Origin: Verrucomicrobiota bacterium
GTDB lineage: Bacteria > Verrucomicrobiota > Verrucomicrobiia > Limisphaerales > AAA164-E04
Reading direction: 5' to 3'
Assembly: GCA_047947115.1 (NCBI GenBank)
Contig: CP170459.1
Location: 2,560,001-2,624,000 of the forward strand
Length of the DNA stretch: 64,000 bases
Positions 26,198 to 36,304 of the stretch are shown here, one piece after another. Under the pieces are notes generated by a model that saw only the letters and a program-made list of their open reading frames with translations, was not told the DNA's origin and searched no databases. The position numbers and the translations under genes are program-made. Positions within the stretch are counted from its first letter, which is position 1; each line of letters begins with the position of its first letter.

Positions 26198-27139
26198 ATG
26201 GATCGACTTCCAAAACCAGATATCATATTAACCCACGAAAGTGATTTGGACGGATTGGTTTCCGGTTGCCTTTTGAAGCGACTGGCCCAGCACATGTTTC
26301 AAGTCGATGTGCCCCTGGCGGCCTATCATTTGCCTCATTGGCAAAACCGTCAGATGACTGAGCTTGCTGCGTGGGTATGTGACTTGACTTTGGATGCTCG
26401 AGTGGATCGTCAGGGATGGGTTGTGGTCGACCACCATCCATCGGCTCATCAGCCCAAGCGAGCGACATACGTATTTTCACAGGAGAAATCTGCCTCCAGG
26501 CTTTGTTATGATCTTCTGGAAAAGGAAGGCATTGGTAATCCCGAGCTGGAACGATTGGTGCATTTGACCAACGTAGCCGATTTGTTTCTGGAATCGGACC
26601 CCGACTTTGAGATGGCATGCGACTATGCTGAATTGGTCAAGGCCTATCATTTTCACCCCTTGGTGAAATTGTTGGAAGGCCGTGTCGAGTCCATTCTGAA
26701 TCATCCTTTGCTGGAAGTCATGCAAGTGAAGCGTTCGGTGGAGGATCCGATTGGGTTGGATTGGGCCAGGCGTCATCTGGAGCCCCTGGCTCCCGGGGTG
26801 TCGTCCGTGGACCTGGCCATTGGTAATCACAACGTGATCATGAATCAACTGTTGAAGGATTCGTCGCTCGAGGATCAGGTGCTGCTTTCCGTTTCGAGGC
26901 GGGCGCCGTACCAATATGGGGTCAGTTTACGCAGTCGCAATGGAAAGGCCCGTGACGTTGCTGTCCAATTGCATGGAGGCGGACACCCCAATGCAGCAGG
27001 AGCCACTTTGCCCAAGTCCGTTAAATCTGTTTCCACGGGATTGGACTACATTCGGCAGGTATTGTCCCCCAAGCAGGAATTGAAGCCTGACGGTGGGTTG
27101 TCGGACCTGGCATCAGCTTTGGATGCACTTCAGGATTGA
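26198..27139 (+). CDS. DHH/DHHA1 family phosphoesterase (start probably 26198)
   Basis: HESDLDG, DHH, SLRS and GGGHPNAAG motifs. Confidence 0.85.
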   Translation: MDRLPKPDIILTHESDLDGLVSGCLLKRLAQHMFQVDVPLAAYHLPHWQNRQMTELAAWVCDLTLDARVDRQGWVVVDHHPSAHQPKRATYVFSQEKSASRLCYDLLEKEGIGNPELERLVHLTNVADLFLESDPDFEMACDYAELVKAYHFHPLVKLLEGRVESILNHPLLEVMQVKRSVEDPIGLDWARRHLEPLAPGVSSVDLAIGNHNVIMNQLLKDSSLEDQVLLSVSRRAPYQYGVSLRSRNGKARDVAVQLHGGGHPNAAGATLPKSVKSVSTGLDYIRQVLSPKQELKPDGGLSDLASALDALQD

Positions 27140-27260
27140 GCTTCGGGCTGATCCGTTGATGTCGCCCAGGCGCGCGCCGCATCGTATTGCGGGCTTGTGC
27201 TGATCCGTAGAATAGTAAGGAAGCAGGTGACTGTTCCACCTGCTCGGGTGTTGAGGCTGG

Positions 27261-28370
27261 TTAATCCTTGGGAGAGCCCGACGCATCCATGACAGGGCCG
27301 GGCATTTTCTCCAAACTCTCACGCAGCAAAGAAGCTCTTCGGATGTCCCGCTCTTCCGGCGTTTTCTTCAGGGCTTCACCGTCTTTATTTTTTGCTTCGT
27401 ACTGGATGTGAGCCGGTTCGGTTACGATGAAAAGTTCATCCACGACCGCTGGATCCACATCGGGAAAGTAGCCCAGATCCAGCCCCAATCGAAGCAGACT
27501 CAGGAGGTTTTTTGCCTCTTTGGATGAGATGATATGGGAGTTGGTGAGGATGCCGTAAGCCCGTCCGATCTGATTGAACAGCATTTCGGGTTTTGTTTCG
27601 AGCAATTTGGCGCGGGCGTTCTCCTCGTTTTCGATCACCTGAAGGACCACCTTGTTCAGGCGTTCGATGATTTCCAGTTCGGATTCACCCAAGGTCATCT
27701 GGTTTGAAATCTGAAACACGTTGCCCAATGCTTCCGTACCTTCGCCATAGAGGCCTCGCACTGCCAGGCCAAGCTTGTTGACGGCAGTGATGGTTTGTTG
27801 CATGTGTTCGGCGATGACCAGCCCTGGCAGGTGCAGCATGGCACTTACCCGGATTCCGGTTCCAACATTGGTGGGGCAAGCTGTCAGGTAACCAAACTGG
27901 CTGGAGAAAGCGATGGGGAGCTTGGTTTCCACCATGGTGTCCAGTTTGTCGATGGCTTTCCACGCTTCCTTGATCTGCAAACCCGGAAGGATGGCCTGCA
28001 TGCGGAGATGATCTTCCTCATTGATCATCACGCAAAAAGTTTCATCCACACTCAGTACCATGGCCGCACCCTGGGTTTTCTTAGCCAGTTCCCGACTGAT
28101 CAAATGCCTTTCCACCAGAATTTGTCGATCCAGATCGGTCAACTTGGCGATTTCCTCCGAAAATCCTTCTTTCATGACCGGCATGGTTTCGATGACAGGT
28201 TGGACGGTTTGGAGGAGTTGTTGTCGTTCCTGCTTGTTGGCTTTGCCGGGGAAGGGGAGTTCCTGTAAATTACGGGCCAGCCGAACTCGACTTGTGAGTA
28301 CGACTCTGTCAAATGGGCCAGGACGTCTGCAGATGTCCTGGGTTGGAATCAGGAAATCATTGAGATTCAT
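27261..28370 (-). CDS. mcsB: Protein arginine kinase
   Basis: SRVRLARN, LVERHLIS, NEEDH, CPTNVGTG; lies directly downstream of mcsA. Confidence 0.9.
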   Translation of the reverse strand: MNLNDFLIPTQDICRRPGPFDRVVLTSRVRLARNLQELPFPGKANKQERQQLLQTVQPVIETMPVMKEGFSEEIAKLTDLDRQILVERHLISRELAKKTQGAAMVLSVDETFCVMINEEDHLRMQAILPGLQIKEAWKAIDKLDTMVETKLPIAFSSQFGYLTACPTNVGTGIRVSAMLHLPGLVIAEHMQQTITAVNKLGLAVRGLYGEGTEALGNVFQISNQMTLGESELEIIERLNKVVLQVIENEENARAKLLETKPEMLFNQIGRAYGILTNSHIISSKEAKNLLSLLRLGLDLGYFPDVDPAVVDELFIVTEPAHIQYEAKNKDGEALKKTPEERDIRRASLLRESLEKMPGPVMDASGSPKD

Positions 28371-28903
28371 GAGGTCGCCGTTTCGGTTTCGAATTCGCTG
28401 ATGGCATGGGCCAGAGCTTTGATGGAGTCCCGGATGATGGCGGCGTCTTCATACCGTTCATCTTTAATGGCTTTTTCCAGTTCTTTCTCAAGTTTCTTGG
28501 TCTTTGCCTCAAGTTCTCGCGTGTTGCGGAATCCTTTGGGGGTTTTTCCTTTGTGTCGAACGCCTTTGTGCATGGATCGGAGCATGTGTTCCAGTCCATC
28601 ATCAAACGTTGCATAGCATTCCGCACAGCCCAAGCGCCCTGTTTTCTTGAGGTCGGCTTGTGTATAGCCACATTTGGGGCAGTTGGACATGCCGGTCAGG
28701 GGCGTGGCTTTCGTCTTTGGCTGAGATTCGGTTGAGGACGGTCCGAGTCCGACCAGTAAATCCACCAATGAAATGCCGCTGGGATCATCGACCCCCTGTT
28801 TTTGGGCGCATGATTCACACATGTCCATCTTCTTGATCTCACCTTCCAGCATCTGTGTCAGGTGGACTGTGGCTTCATTTTGATTGCAGATGTTACAAAG
28901 CAT
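28367..28903 (-). CDS. mcsA: McsB activator with CxxC motifs and UvrB/C coiled coil
   Basis: Four CxxC motifs, GRLGCAECY, HKGKTP, ERYEDAAIIRD; 4-bp overlap with mcsB. Confidence 0.9.
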   Translation of the reverse strand: MLCNICNQNEATVHLTQMLEGEIKKMDMCESCAQKQGVDDPSGISLVDLLVGLGPSSTESQPKTKATPLTGMSNCPKCGYTQADLKKTGRLGCAECYATFDDGLEHMLRSMHKGVRHKGKTPKGFRNTRELEAKTKKLEKELEKAIKDERYEDAAIIRDSIKALAHAISEFETETATS

Positions 28904-29047
28904 AGTTCAGGCGGAGCGGGCCAGGCAATCTCTACCGGATTTCCCCAGCCGACGCTTTGAATGTAACTTGCCGGGCATAGAATTGCAATTCAGCAATTGG
29001 GGCAAGTTGTAAGCCAGAATCCTTCGAAAGGATTTGTTCCTCGTCCA

Positions 29048-29914
29048 TTATATCGGTTCCCCTGATACCTTTGTTAATTCATGGTATTTGGCTTCCAATT
29101 GACGAGTTACTTTCCCGGGTTTTCCTTCCCCGATGATGCGCTTGTCAATCTTGACCACCGGGACGATCTCAGCTCCGCTACCGGTTAGAAAACACTCGTC
29201 CGCAATAAACAGATCATATCGGGTCAAATTTTTCTCCTCTACGGTAAAGCCTTCCTGTCTAGCTAGTTCTATGACCGTATTCCGCGTGATGCCATAGAGT
29301 GCTCCGGCAGCCAGTGGAGGTGTGAATATTTTGCCTTGATGCAGGATGAATATATTGTCTCCGGTGCATTCGGCCACAAAGCCTTCACTGTTCAGCATGA
29401 TGGCCTCTTCGCATCCCGCGTTGCTTGCTTCGATCTTTGCCAGGATGTTGTTCAAATAATTCAGCGATTTGATCGCCGGATTGACGGCGTTTACCAGGTT
29501 GCGGGAGGTGGCTGCCGTGATGATTTCCATCCCTTGTTCGTAAAATTCTCGAGGATAGAGCTGAATTTCGTTGGCAATGATGATTACAGAGGGCTTCTTG
29601 CATGAGTTGGGGCTCAGCCCCAGCGAGCCCACGCCCCGCGTTACGATCAGTCTGATATAACCATTGTCGAGACCATTCGCCCGGCAAGCCTCCACGACCG
29701 CCTGACACAGTGCTTCCTGGGTCATCGGGATGGTTAGAAGGATGGCTTTGGCAGAATAAAAGAGTCGTTCGATGTGCTCTCGCAGCTTGAATACGCGTTT
29801 GTGGTAGATGCGAATACCTTCGAAGACACCGTCTCCATACAATAGCCCGTGGTCAAAGACCGATATCTTTGCGTTCTCCTTGTCGTAATATTCACCGTCG
29901 ATGTAAATCTTCAT
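29048..29914 (-). CDS. ilvE: Branched-chain amino acid aminotransferase
   Basis: DHGLLYGDGVFEG, KSLNY, EGFVAECTGDN, LYGITR. Confidence 0.9.
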   Translation of the reverse strand: MKIYIDGEYYDKENAKISVFDHGLLYGDGVFEGIRIYHKRVFKLREHIERLFYSAKAILLTIPMTQEALCQAVVEACRANGLDNGYIRLIVTRGVGSLGLSPNSCKKPSVIIIANEIQLYPREFYEQGMEIITAATSRNLVNAVNPAIKSLNYLNNILAKIEASNAGCEEAIMLNSEGFVAECTGDNIFILHQGKIFTPPLAAGALYGITRNTVIELARQEGFTVEEKNLTRYDLFIADECFLTGSGAEIVPVVKIDKRIIGEGKPGKVTRQLEAKYHELTKVSGEPI

Positions 29915-29986
29915 CTTTGCATCGGAGTTAAATCGAAGAAAGACCTTGCTGACAAGCAATTCTTTGGAAACTGGTCAGGAGATTTG

Positions 29987-31471
29987 TCACCTGCCGCTTC
30001 GAGAATTGTTTCCGATGGAAACTGGCTTTCGCGGTCGTGTTACCAGGGCGCCGACGGTTAATCCAATCAAGCAGACACAAAAAATCAGGTTGTTGGGGGA
30101 ACGGCTGGTCCATTGATCGAAGGGAGCCCAGGGAATAGGGAAACGGAAAAAGGCAAAATTCAGCAGAAAATATATCCAGGCATTCAGAATCAATAGGCTT
30201 CTGCAAAAATTGCGTCCATTCAGGGAGATGCGTGATCGTTCAGCCCAAAAGAAGCTGACGGCAATGGCAATGGTCATGGGGAGGATGAGGCAAAACACCC
30301 ATCCATATGCCCAATCCAGAAACTTCGCTTCATAAACCAAATGGCGAATCGTTTTCCCGGCAATCGGTAGCAATGTGATGGGAAGGCAAACCCAGAAAGG
30401 CCAGAAACGCCCTGCAGCCACTGCCAGAAAAGGCAACATGCCCATGGTGATGGCCAGGTCGGCAAATTGATCGAACGCCGGATAGTCCATAAAGCTCCAA
30501 CTGCACATTGCCAGCGCATAGATCCCAAACAATGCCCACTCAAATGATCCGGGAATTTGCGATTCCTCCTCACTGGTCGGGTCTGCTTGAATGAGGTGGC
30601 GGTTGACCCAGAGCCCCAAAGCCAGGACGGCCCCGAATATCAGGCCAAAGGTGGTTTCCATGATGTTCCACCAATTAAGGACCGCATCCAGTTGTTCGAT
30701 GAATCCCCCCTTGAACCATTCGGGATGCCACGCGTGAAATGCTTGCAGACATTGTCCGCCCGAAAAGCCCAGTCCCCCCCCCAGAACACCCCATATGCCC
30801 ATTCTTAGCGCCAGTGCGTCCCTGCGGAGAACCCCGGCATAGGCCCAGAGCCCAGTCAGCGCCAGAAGCATGCCGCCCCATTTCTCACGCCTTGGTTTAA
30901 GTTCGGCATCCGGCTCCCATTGCCAGTGATCCGAAAAGTAGATCCTTGGGAGATCTGCGTCCAGTGGGCGATAGGGTTCATTCAGTAGTAGGATTCCCAA
31001 AAAAATGAGAAAGATCATGCCGATAAACAAAAGTCCAAGTTCTCCGGTCCGGTAATGTTTGCCCCCCAGGGCCATGCCTAGAATAACTCCCGCGAAACCA
31101 ATCCAGATTCCCCCTTTGATGAAGAGTCCCAGCAACCCCCATTTCAATGCCGCTGTGTTGCCGATCAGGGGGGCGTCATGGGTAAGCCCGACCGTTTGCC
31201 CATAGGTCATACAGCCACCGAAGGATACTCCAATGGTGATCCAGGCGATGGCCCGGGCGGAAGACAGGGTGTTGAACATGGGGGCAAACAGCATGACCAG
31301 AACCGTTGCGACAAGCACTCCGGCGATCATGGCGCCTGTTTCGTGTCCATATTGTCCGCGGATGCCCCATCCCATACCGCCGGCCATGGCCGTCAGCAGC
31401 ATGGCCTTGCCCAGTGCGACAGTCGGATACCCGGACGACGTCGCAGTCATTTCATCGCTGTTCGCATTCAT
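29987..31471 (-). CDS. Multi-pass membrane protein of unknown function
   Basis: Long ORF with many hydrophobic helices; GWGIRGQYGHETGA motif; start uncertain. Confidence 0.7.
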   Translation of the reverse strand: MNANSDEMTATSSGYPTVALGKAMLLTAMAGGMGWGIRGQYGHETGAMIAGVLVATVLVMLFAPMFNTLSSARAIAWITIGVSFGGCMTYGQTVGLTHDAPLIGNTAALKWGLLGLFIKGGIWIGFAGVILGMALGGKHYRTGELGLLFIGMIFLIFLGILLLNEPYRPLDADLPRIYFSDHWQWEPDAELKPRREKWGGMLLALTGLWAYAGVLRRDALALRMGIWGVLGGGLGFSGGQCLQAFHAWHPEWFKGGFIEQLDAVLNWWNIMETTFGLIFGAVLALGLWVNRHLIQADPTSEEESQIPGSFEWALFGIYALAMCSWSFMDYPAFDQFADLAITMGMLPFLAVAAGRFWPFWVCLPITLLPIAGKTIRHLVYEAKFLDWAYGWVFCLILPMTIAIAVSFFWAERSRISLNGRNFCRSLLILNAWIYFLLNFAFFRFPIPWAPFDQWTSRSPNNLIFCVCLIGLTVGALVTRPRKPVSIGNNSRSGR

Positions 31472-31741
31472 GGATTCTCGGAATGCTGCAAACTCTAGAG
31501 AAGGCACCCTTCCTTGGCAAGTAACCTTCTTGGCTGGAAACGTGCAAAAGGACGGTGTGGACAAATATGGCCGGTGAATTGGATGCCCTGCCAAACATCA
31601 TTCACTGAAAACCCAAGGGTAGTGCAGCGACGATGAACCAACTTTGAAGTCTGGAGATCTGCGCCATCCAAGATTCCTCTTCTGGAAGACTTCCTGGAAA
31701 CGGTTTTTTTCAGTGATTTTCTACCGGCAACCATCCTGTCA

Positions 31742-32671
31742 TCACCTCTCCAGTGGCAAACTGGAAGCGTCCGCTTTCAGGTCGCCCAGGACGTATTGGA
31801 TGCCGTCGAGATAATGTCGCACGATGGTTTTGTTCCAGAAGATGTCGTGCTGGTGGCCCAGGGCGGAGTAGAAAATGCGGCCTGTGCCGTAGTGTTTGAT
31901 CCAGCTCAAGGCAAAATCGCCGTCGGTTCGATGCACGCCTGATTTGTTTTTGAGGTTCACCTTGTGCTTGTCGATCCGAAACAGCACACGGAGGAGGGAT
32001 CGATCATATTCCTTGAACTGATAGATCTCGTCTGTGATTTCAAAAAGAGACCCATTGAAGCATTGGCAGAGAGGGTGATTGGAATCTTCAATGTGCAGTT
32101 GAATGGTGGACCCCGCATTCCACGGATGATTGTCAAACCGTGCTCCCATGATCTCGCCATATTCTGGCCAAAGCCGGAAACTGGCTACTCCGGCATGAAT
32201 CACTGCCAGCCCTCTGCCTGTCGAAATGAAGCGCACCAGGTTTTGCTTGAGCCGGGTGTCGGTGGCTTCTGCTGCTTTTCGGTCGTTTGAATTCAATTCT
32301 CGTACATTTTCCGGCAGGAAGATTTCGTTGTTGGTGTTGTTGAAAAAGATGGCGTCGAACCCCTTCAATTTATCCCACTCGAACCAGGATAAATCTTCGG
32401 CTAAAGTCACCTCGAATGCTTTCGTTTTTTGTGCCATTGCCCTGACCAGTTCTCTTCCATAGGGGATGGAGGAGTGTTTGTATCCCCACGCTCTTGAGAA
32501 CACGAGCAACTTGCGGGGTGAAAGCGGGTTTGTTGTGGCTGATACTGGAATGGCTTCCCAAATGTCCTGTTTCTCCTTTGGACTGGGTTCCTTGAGTTGG
32601 GCATGCAGGTCGAATGCGAGCAAACAGCAGGCCGCCGCGATCAGGGTGCGCGTCTTTGTGTGGGTCTTCAT
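31742..32671 (-). CDS. ThuA-like (class I glutamine amidotransferase-like) secreted protein
   Basis: Signal peptide; GYKHSSI, DEIY, GRIFYSALGH. Confidence 0.8.
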   Translation of the reverse strand: MKTHTKTRTLIAAACCLLAFDLHAQLKEPSPKEKQDIWEAIPVSATTNPLSPRKLLVFSRAWGYKHSSIPYGRELVRAMAQKTKAFEVTLAEDLSWFEWDKLKGFDAIFFNNTNNEIFLPENVRELNSNDRKAAEATDTRLKQNLVRFISTGRGLAVIHAGVASFRLWPEYGEIMGARFDNHPWNAGSTIQLHIEDSNHPLCQCFNGSLFEITDEIYQFKEYDRSLLRVLFRIDKHKVNLKNKSGVHRTDGDFALSWIKHYGTGRIFYSALGHQHDIFWNKTIVRHYLDGIQYVLGDLKADASSLPLER

Positions 32672-32679
32672 TGTGGGGA

Positions 32680-35172
32680 CTACTCCTTGCTGTATTGTTC
32701 AAAGAGTGCGGCAATGTCCGCCTGTTCCGTGTCGCCCCGGTGGAGTATGAGCCGGTATCTCAACCTGATTGGCTGTTCTCTTGCTAGCGTGACGGGTTCG
32801 TTGCCCGGCCAGACCGGGTTCTGACAACTGCCGCTGTTTCGAATCGTCCATCCTTGAGGGTAACCGGGCGTGTCCGGGTGACAGAGAATGGCCTCGCCGG
32901 TGATCTTGCCGTCGTGATTGAAGTCAGCTGTGAAGTCCACCCAGGCCTGGGGAACAGATGGCTGCTGAAGGTTGGGTACGACAGGGCCGTCGGAACCGAT
33001 GATTTTCAAGTCCTCGGGGAGGGGGATTCGGGATGAAAAACCGCCATATCCCTTGGTATCCGTCGATCCTCCGAGTCGAACGTTTTCTTCGAGCGCTTTG
33101 AGAGTGATGTCAAAATCGATCAAGCGTCGCTCCGCAGTGGACGCGTGCACCCGAATGGTGGCGTGCTCCTCCACGATGGGAATCATCTTGGCTTTGTCAT
33201 CTGTCCATAGTGGAGATTCCCACAGGACGTCTGTATGGATGGCTGAGGAGGTAGCGTCTCCACTGACCCGGACATCTGTGACGTTCCATTCGAGTCCGCG
33301 TTGTTCCCAAGGATGTCCGATGCGTTTTTCTCCCACCCAGAGTTGTGTCCACGCCCAGAATACGGCGCGGTGATGCGGATGATCTTGGGGCATGTCATGG
33401 GACATGAGGTAACCGTCCAGATCGTAAACAGGATGCACATAGTGTCCTCGTTGATATCGCCCATCTTCGCGTCCGATCGGGTCTTTGATGTATTCGAGTA
33501 CGGCTTGATCGTTCTCAGTAAAACGAAAACCCCCATCGGTTCGGTAAACATTGACTTTCGAAGGTGTGCTCAGGGAGATGAATGCTTGTGGGCCGCCGAC
33601 AGATTTGACATTGGGTGGTGGATTGGGTGTGGTTCTTCTTGGCGCGGGCGTGGATTCTGGGGCAGGTGGTGCGGGTGTGTTTTTCAACAAGCGGTTCAGT
33701 GTGTAAACCATCCATTTGTTGATGAGTGGATGTCCGTCCTGGCTTTTCATATCCTTGATCCTGAGATCGTAGAGTCTCCACGCTTTCATGTCGCCAAGGT
33801 GCAGAGACACGGTTTTCCGATCTTTGGAGATGATCACGCTCGAAACCGGTTCGCGGGTTTGGGCATATTTTCCTGATCCATAGCGTTCATGGTAGTTGTA
33901 GAAGTAACTTTCGATGGTGTAATTCTCCGGATCCGAAGCTGTTTCAGGATTGATAGGCAGGGTGAAAGTAAGATCGAATCCGGACTCGGTGAGGTGCATC
34001 GCCTGGACTTCCAGCGGAGTGACACCATTCCACATCAGTCGTTGAAGTCCGCTGGCACCGACCCAGGCTTCGTGTTTGGTTTGTCCGACCCAAAGGCTTC
34101 CGTCCTCAGGATTGAAAGCGAGCCGGTTGTTTCCCAGATTCATCCCGGCATGGTCGAAGAATGGGATGCAGGCGCCTTGGAATTCGCCATCCACTTTTTC
34201 GAGCATGACACGGATCAACCCGTCGAAATTCATTTCACCAATGAACATCTGTCCTTCAAAAGGACCGAACCGGCCGCCTGTCGTATCGATGATCGGCTGA
34301 GTGGGGGAGTTGGACATCTCGCCGTGAGGGAAGATGACGGATGCCCGTGTCCGCATGCGGTCAAGGTCCGCTACGGGTATATCAAAAGGATGCCTGTTGA
34401 TTTCCCCCCTCCATACCAGGCTGTGAGGGTGTCCGTAAAAGCCTCCCTCGCGTACGTGGAACAATTTGCTGGAACCGACCCAATCGCCCTGGTTGTCAGC
34501 GACCCACAAATTGTCTTCCAGATCCAGCCCGAGCGAGTTTGGTTCGCGAAAGCCGTTGGCCCAGGGGATGGTCTGGCCGTCGGGAGTGACTTTCATGATC
34601 CATCCGCGATAGGGTGCGCTGGAGTTCATGCGTCCGTCGTGTCCGGCGCGACTGTAACTTCCCCGCACTTCGTCGGTGAGGAGGTTCCCGAAGGCGGAAC
34701 CTGTGCCGAGTCCATAGTAGAGGTTGCCTTTCTTGTCCTTGACCGGACCGAAGTTGAATTCCGCGTAGTTGCCCGACATGCCGAAATCGTCCGATACGGT
34801 TTTGAAAAGGTCTGCTTTGCCGTCTTTGTTCCGGTCGACGAGCTGGGTGATCTCCGGACGTTGTGCAACGAGGATTTCGTGGTTGTTGAGCGGGAGGATC
34901 CCGAGAGGAGTGTGCAGGCCTTCAGCGAAAAGATCCCATTGACCCGTGTCGGGGTGGTAGAAAAATATTTTGCTCAGAGACAAAGCGCAAGCCAGGCGCC
35001 CATCGGGCATGAACGCGATGGCATCCGCACTGGTTTCGCCTTCGGGCAGAGGGATGGTTTCGAGATTGTAGTAATCGAGAACCGCCGGTTTTGGATCAAT
35101 TTCCGCACCCGAAAGGACGGCGGACGTCAGCACCAGGATCAGGAAGTGTGTGATGGATTGGATGGGATTCAT
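32680..35172 (-). CDS. Secreted glucose/sorbosone dehydrogenase-like beta-propeller fused to a PmoA-like (DUF6807-type) C-terminal domain
   Basis: GFREPN, DNQGDW, GFYGHP in the N-terminal part; YVHPV..DHPHHRAVFWAW and KGYGGF in the C-terminal part. Confidence 0.7.
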   Translation of the reverse strand: MNPIQSITHFLILVLTSAVLSGAEIDPKPAVLDYYNLETIPLPEGETSADAIAFMPDGRLACALSLSKIFFYHPDTGQWDLFAEGLHTPLGILPLNNHEILVAQRPEITQLVDRNKDGKADLFKTVSDDFGMSGNYAEFNFGPVKDKKGNLYYGLGTGSAFGNLLTDEVRGSYSRAGHDGRMNSSAPYRGWIMKVTPDGQTIPWANGFREPNSLGLDLEDNLWVADNQGDWVGSSKLFHVREGGFYGHPHSLVWRGEINRHPFDIPVADLDRMRTRASVIFPHGEMSNSPTQPIIDTTGGRFGPFEGQMFIGEMNFDGLIRVMLEKVDGEFQGACIPFFDHAGMNLGNNRLAFNPEDGSLWVGQTKHEAWVGASGLQRLMWNGVTPLEVQAMHLTESGFDLTFTLPINPETASDPENYTIESYFYNYHERYGSGKYAQTREPVSSVIISKDRKTVSLHLGDMKAWRLYDLRIKDMKSQDGHPLINKWMVYTLNRLLKNTPAPPAPESTPAPRRTTPNPPPNVKSVGGPQAFISLSTPSKVNVYRTDGGFRFTENDQAVLEYIKDPIGREDGRYQRGHYVHPVYDLDGYLMSHDMPQDHPHHRAVFWAWTQLWVGEKRIGHPWEQRGLEWNVTDVRVSGDATSSAIHTDVLWESPLWTDDKAKMIPIVEEHATIRVHASTAERRLIDFDITLKALEENVRLGGSTDTKGYGGFSSRIPLPEDLKIIGSDGPVVPNLQQPSVPQAWVDFTADFNHDGKITGEAILCHPDTPGYPQGWTIRNSGSCQNPVWPGNEPVTLAREQPIRLRYRLILHRGDTEQADIAALFEQYSKE

Positions 35173-35199
35173 GATCTTTTGAAGTGGATTATGCGCTGA

Positions 35200-36258
35200 T
35201 TATTTTTTTTCAGTTGGAACAACGATGATGTAGAATTCCTCTGCGTCTTTGTCGCTGAAAACAAATGCGTCCCCTTCGCGTTTGCCCGTCGAATCCAGCT
35301 GGGGTGATTGGTCAGGATCGATCGGAAAACGCAGTTCAACCGTTTGATCGGAAGTGGTGCGAAATCTTCGGACGAGTTTGTTTTCGGTTACGACAAGACG
35401 CTCCTTGAAGTGGATCCGATCCGCTTCGTATTCGAATTCGGGAATGCCGGCCTCATCCAGTGAGTAACCCAGAAACCGCACGTTCGATGGTCGAGTGGGA
35501 GAGTCGGCTCCAAGTAGGAACGGAAACTGATGATCTTCCCGGTAATAAACTATTCCCAAAAGTTTTGCAGGTTTGCGATAGACCTGTTCCATGAAATCTC
35601 CCTGCCAGGCGTATCGGAAACAAACGGCTCCCGCGTCCCAACAATAGGAATGTCCGCCGGGCAGTTTTACCGCGATGGTTGCTGGTCCTGCGTCGGGCAT
35701 AAATCCGCGTTTGACGATGGCCTGGTTTTCGTCGTGATGATGTTCAGCCATGGCGACCATGGGACCTGTGTTCATTTCCTTGGGCTCGGGGGAATCCGTT
35801 ACCCGCATGGTGCCGTACATGATGAATCCATGACCGGGATAAGTGCACACGTAGGGATAGTCGTCTTTTTCCGAGGGGGCTTTGAAGGTGAGTGTAAAGG
35901 AATCATTGGAAGCCACGACTTCGGTGGACCATAACACATTGGGTGAATCGGGAACGAAATGTTTGGCAAGCGCCTGGGTGCCAAGCAGCATGGCTGCCTG
36001 GATGATTTCCATGCGTTTGCCAGGTTTCGTGATCACCAGATTGTGGAGCATGGTGTCTTTGTTTTCGAAAACAAGCCGCACATCTTCCCCGGGTTTCACA
36101 TCAAACCGCTTTACATCGTAACGCAACCCGGGAAGTGTGCCGATCTTGATGACCGTTGGCTCCGCTTGCGTGGATGGAGATGTAAACATTAACAAAACGC
36201 CCAGCAGATACATTCGGGCGATGCTTTCGATGTGTCGTTTGAATGGATTCGATATCAT
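35200..36258 (-). CDS. Azurin/auracyanin-type blue copper protein with C-terminal extension
   Basis: Type-1 Cu ligands MLHN and CTYPGHGFIM; His-rich linker. Confidence 0.85.
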   Translation of the reverse strand: MISNPFKRHIESIARMYLLGVLLMFTSPSTQAEPTVIKIGTLPGLRYDVKRFDVKPGEDVRLVFENKDTMLHNLVITKPGKRMEIIQAAMLLGTQALAKHFVPDSPNVLWSTEVVASNDSFTLTFKAPSEKDDYPYVCTYPGHGFIMYGTMRVTDSPEPKEMNTGPMVAMAEHHHDENQAIVKRGFMPDAGPATIAVKLPGGHSYCWDAGAVCFRYAWQGDFMEQVYRKPAKLLGIVYYREDHQFPFLLGADSPTRPSNVRFLGYSLDEAGIPEFEYEADRIHFKERLVVTENKLVRRFRTTSDQTVELRFPIDPDQSPQLDSTGKREGDAFVFSDKDAEEFYIIVVPTEKK

Positions 36259-36304
36259 GATGAGTGAGCTAAGCGGATGAGGTATGACGGATGGAACGCC
36301 GGTG

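Noticed and set aside
33889..35199. 436-aa + strand ORF
   Set aside because: Antisense shadow of the well-supported 32680-35172 gene; no recognisable motifs.
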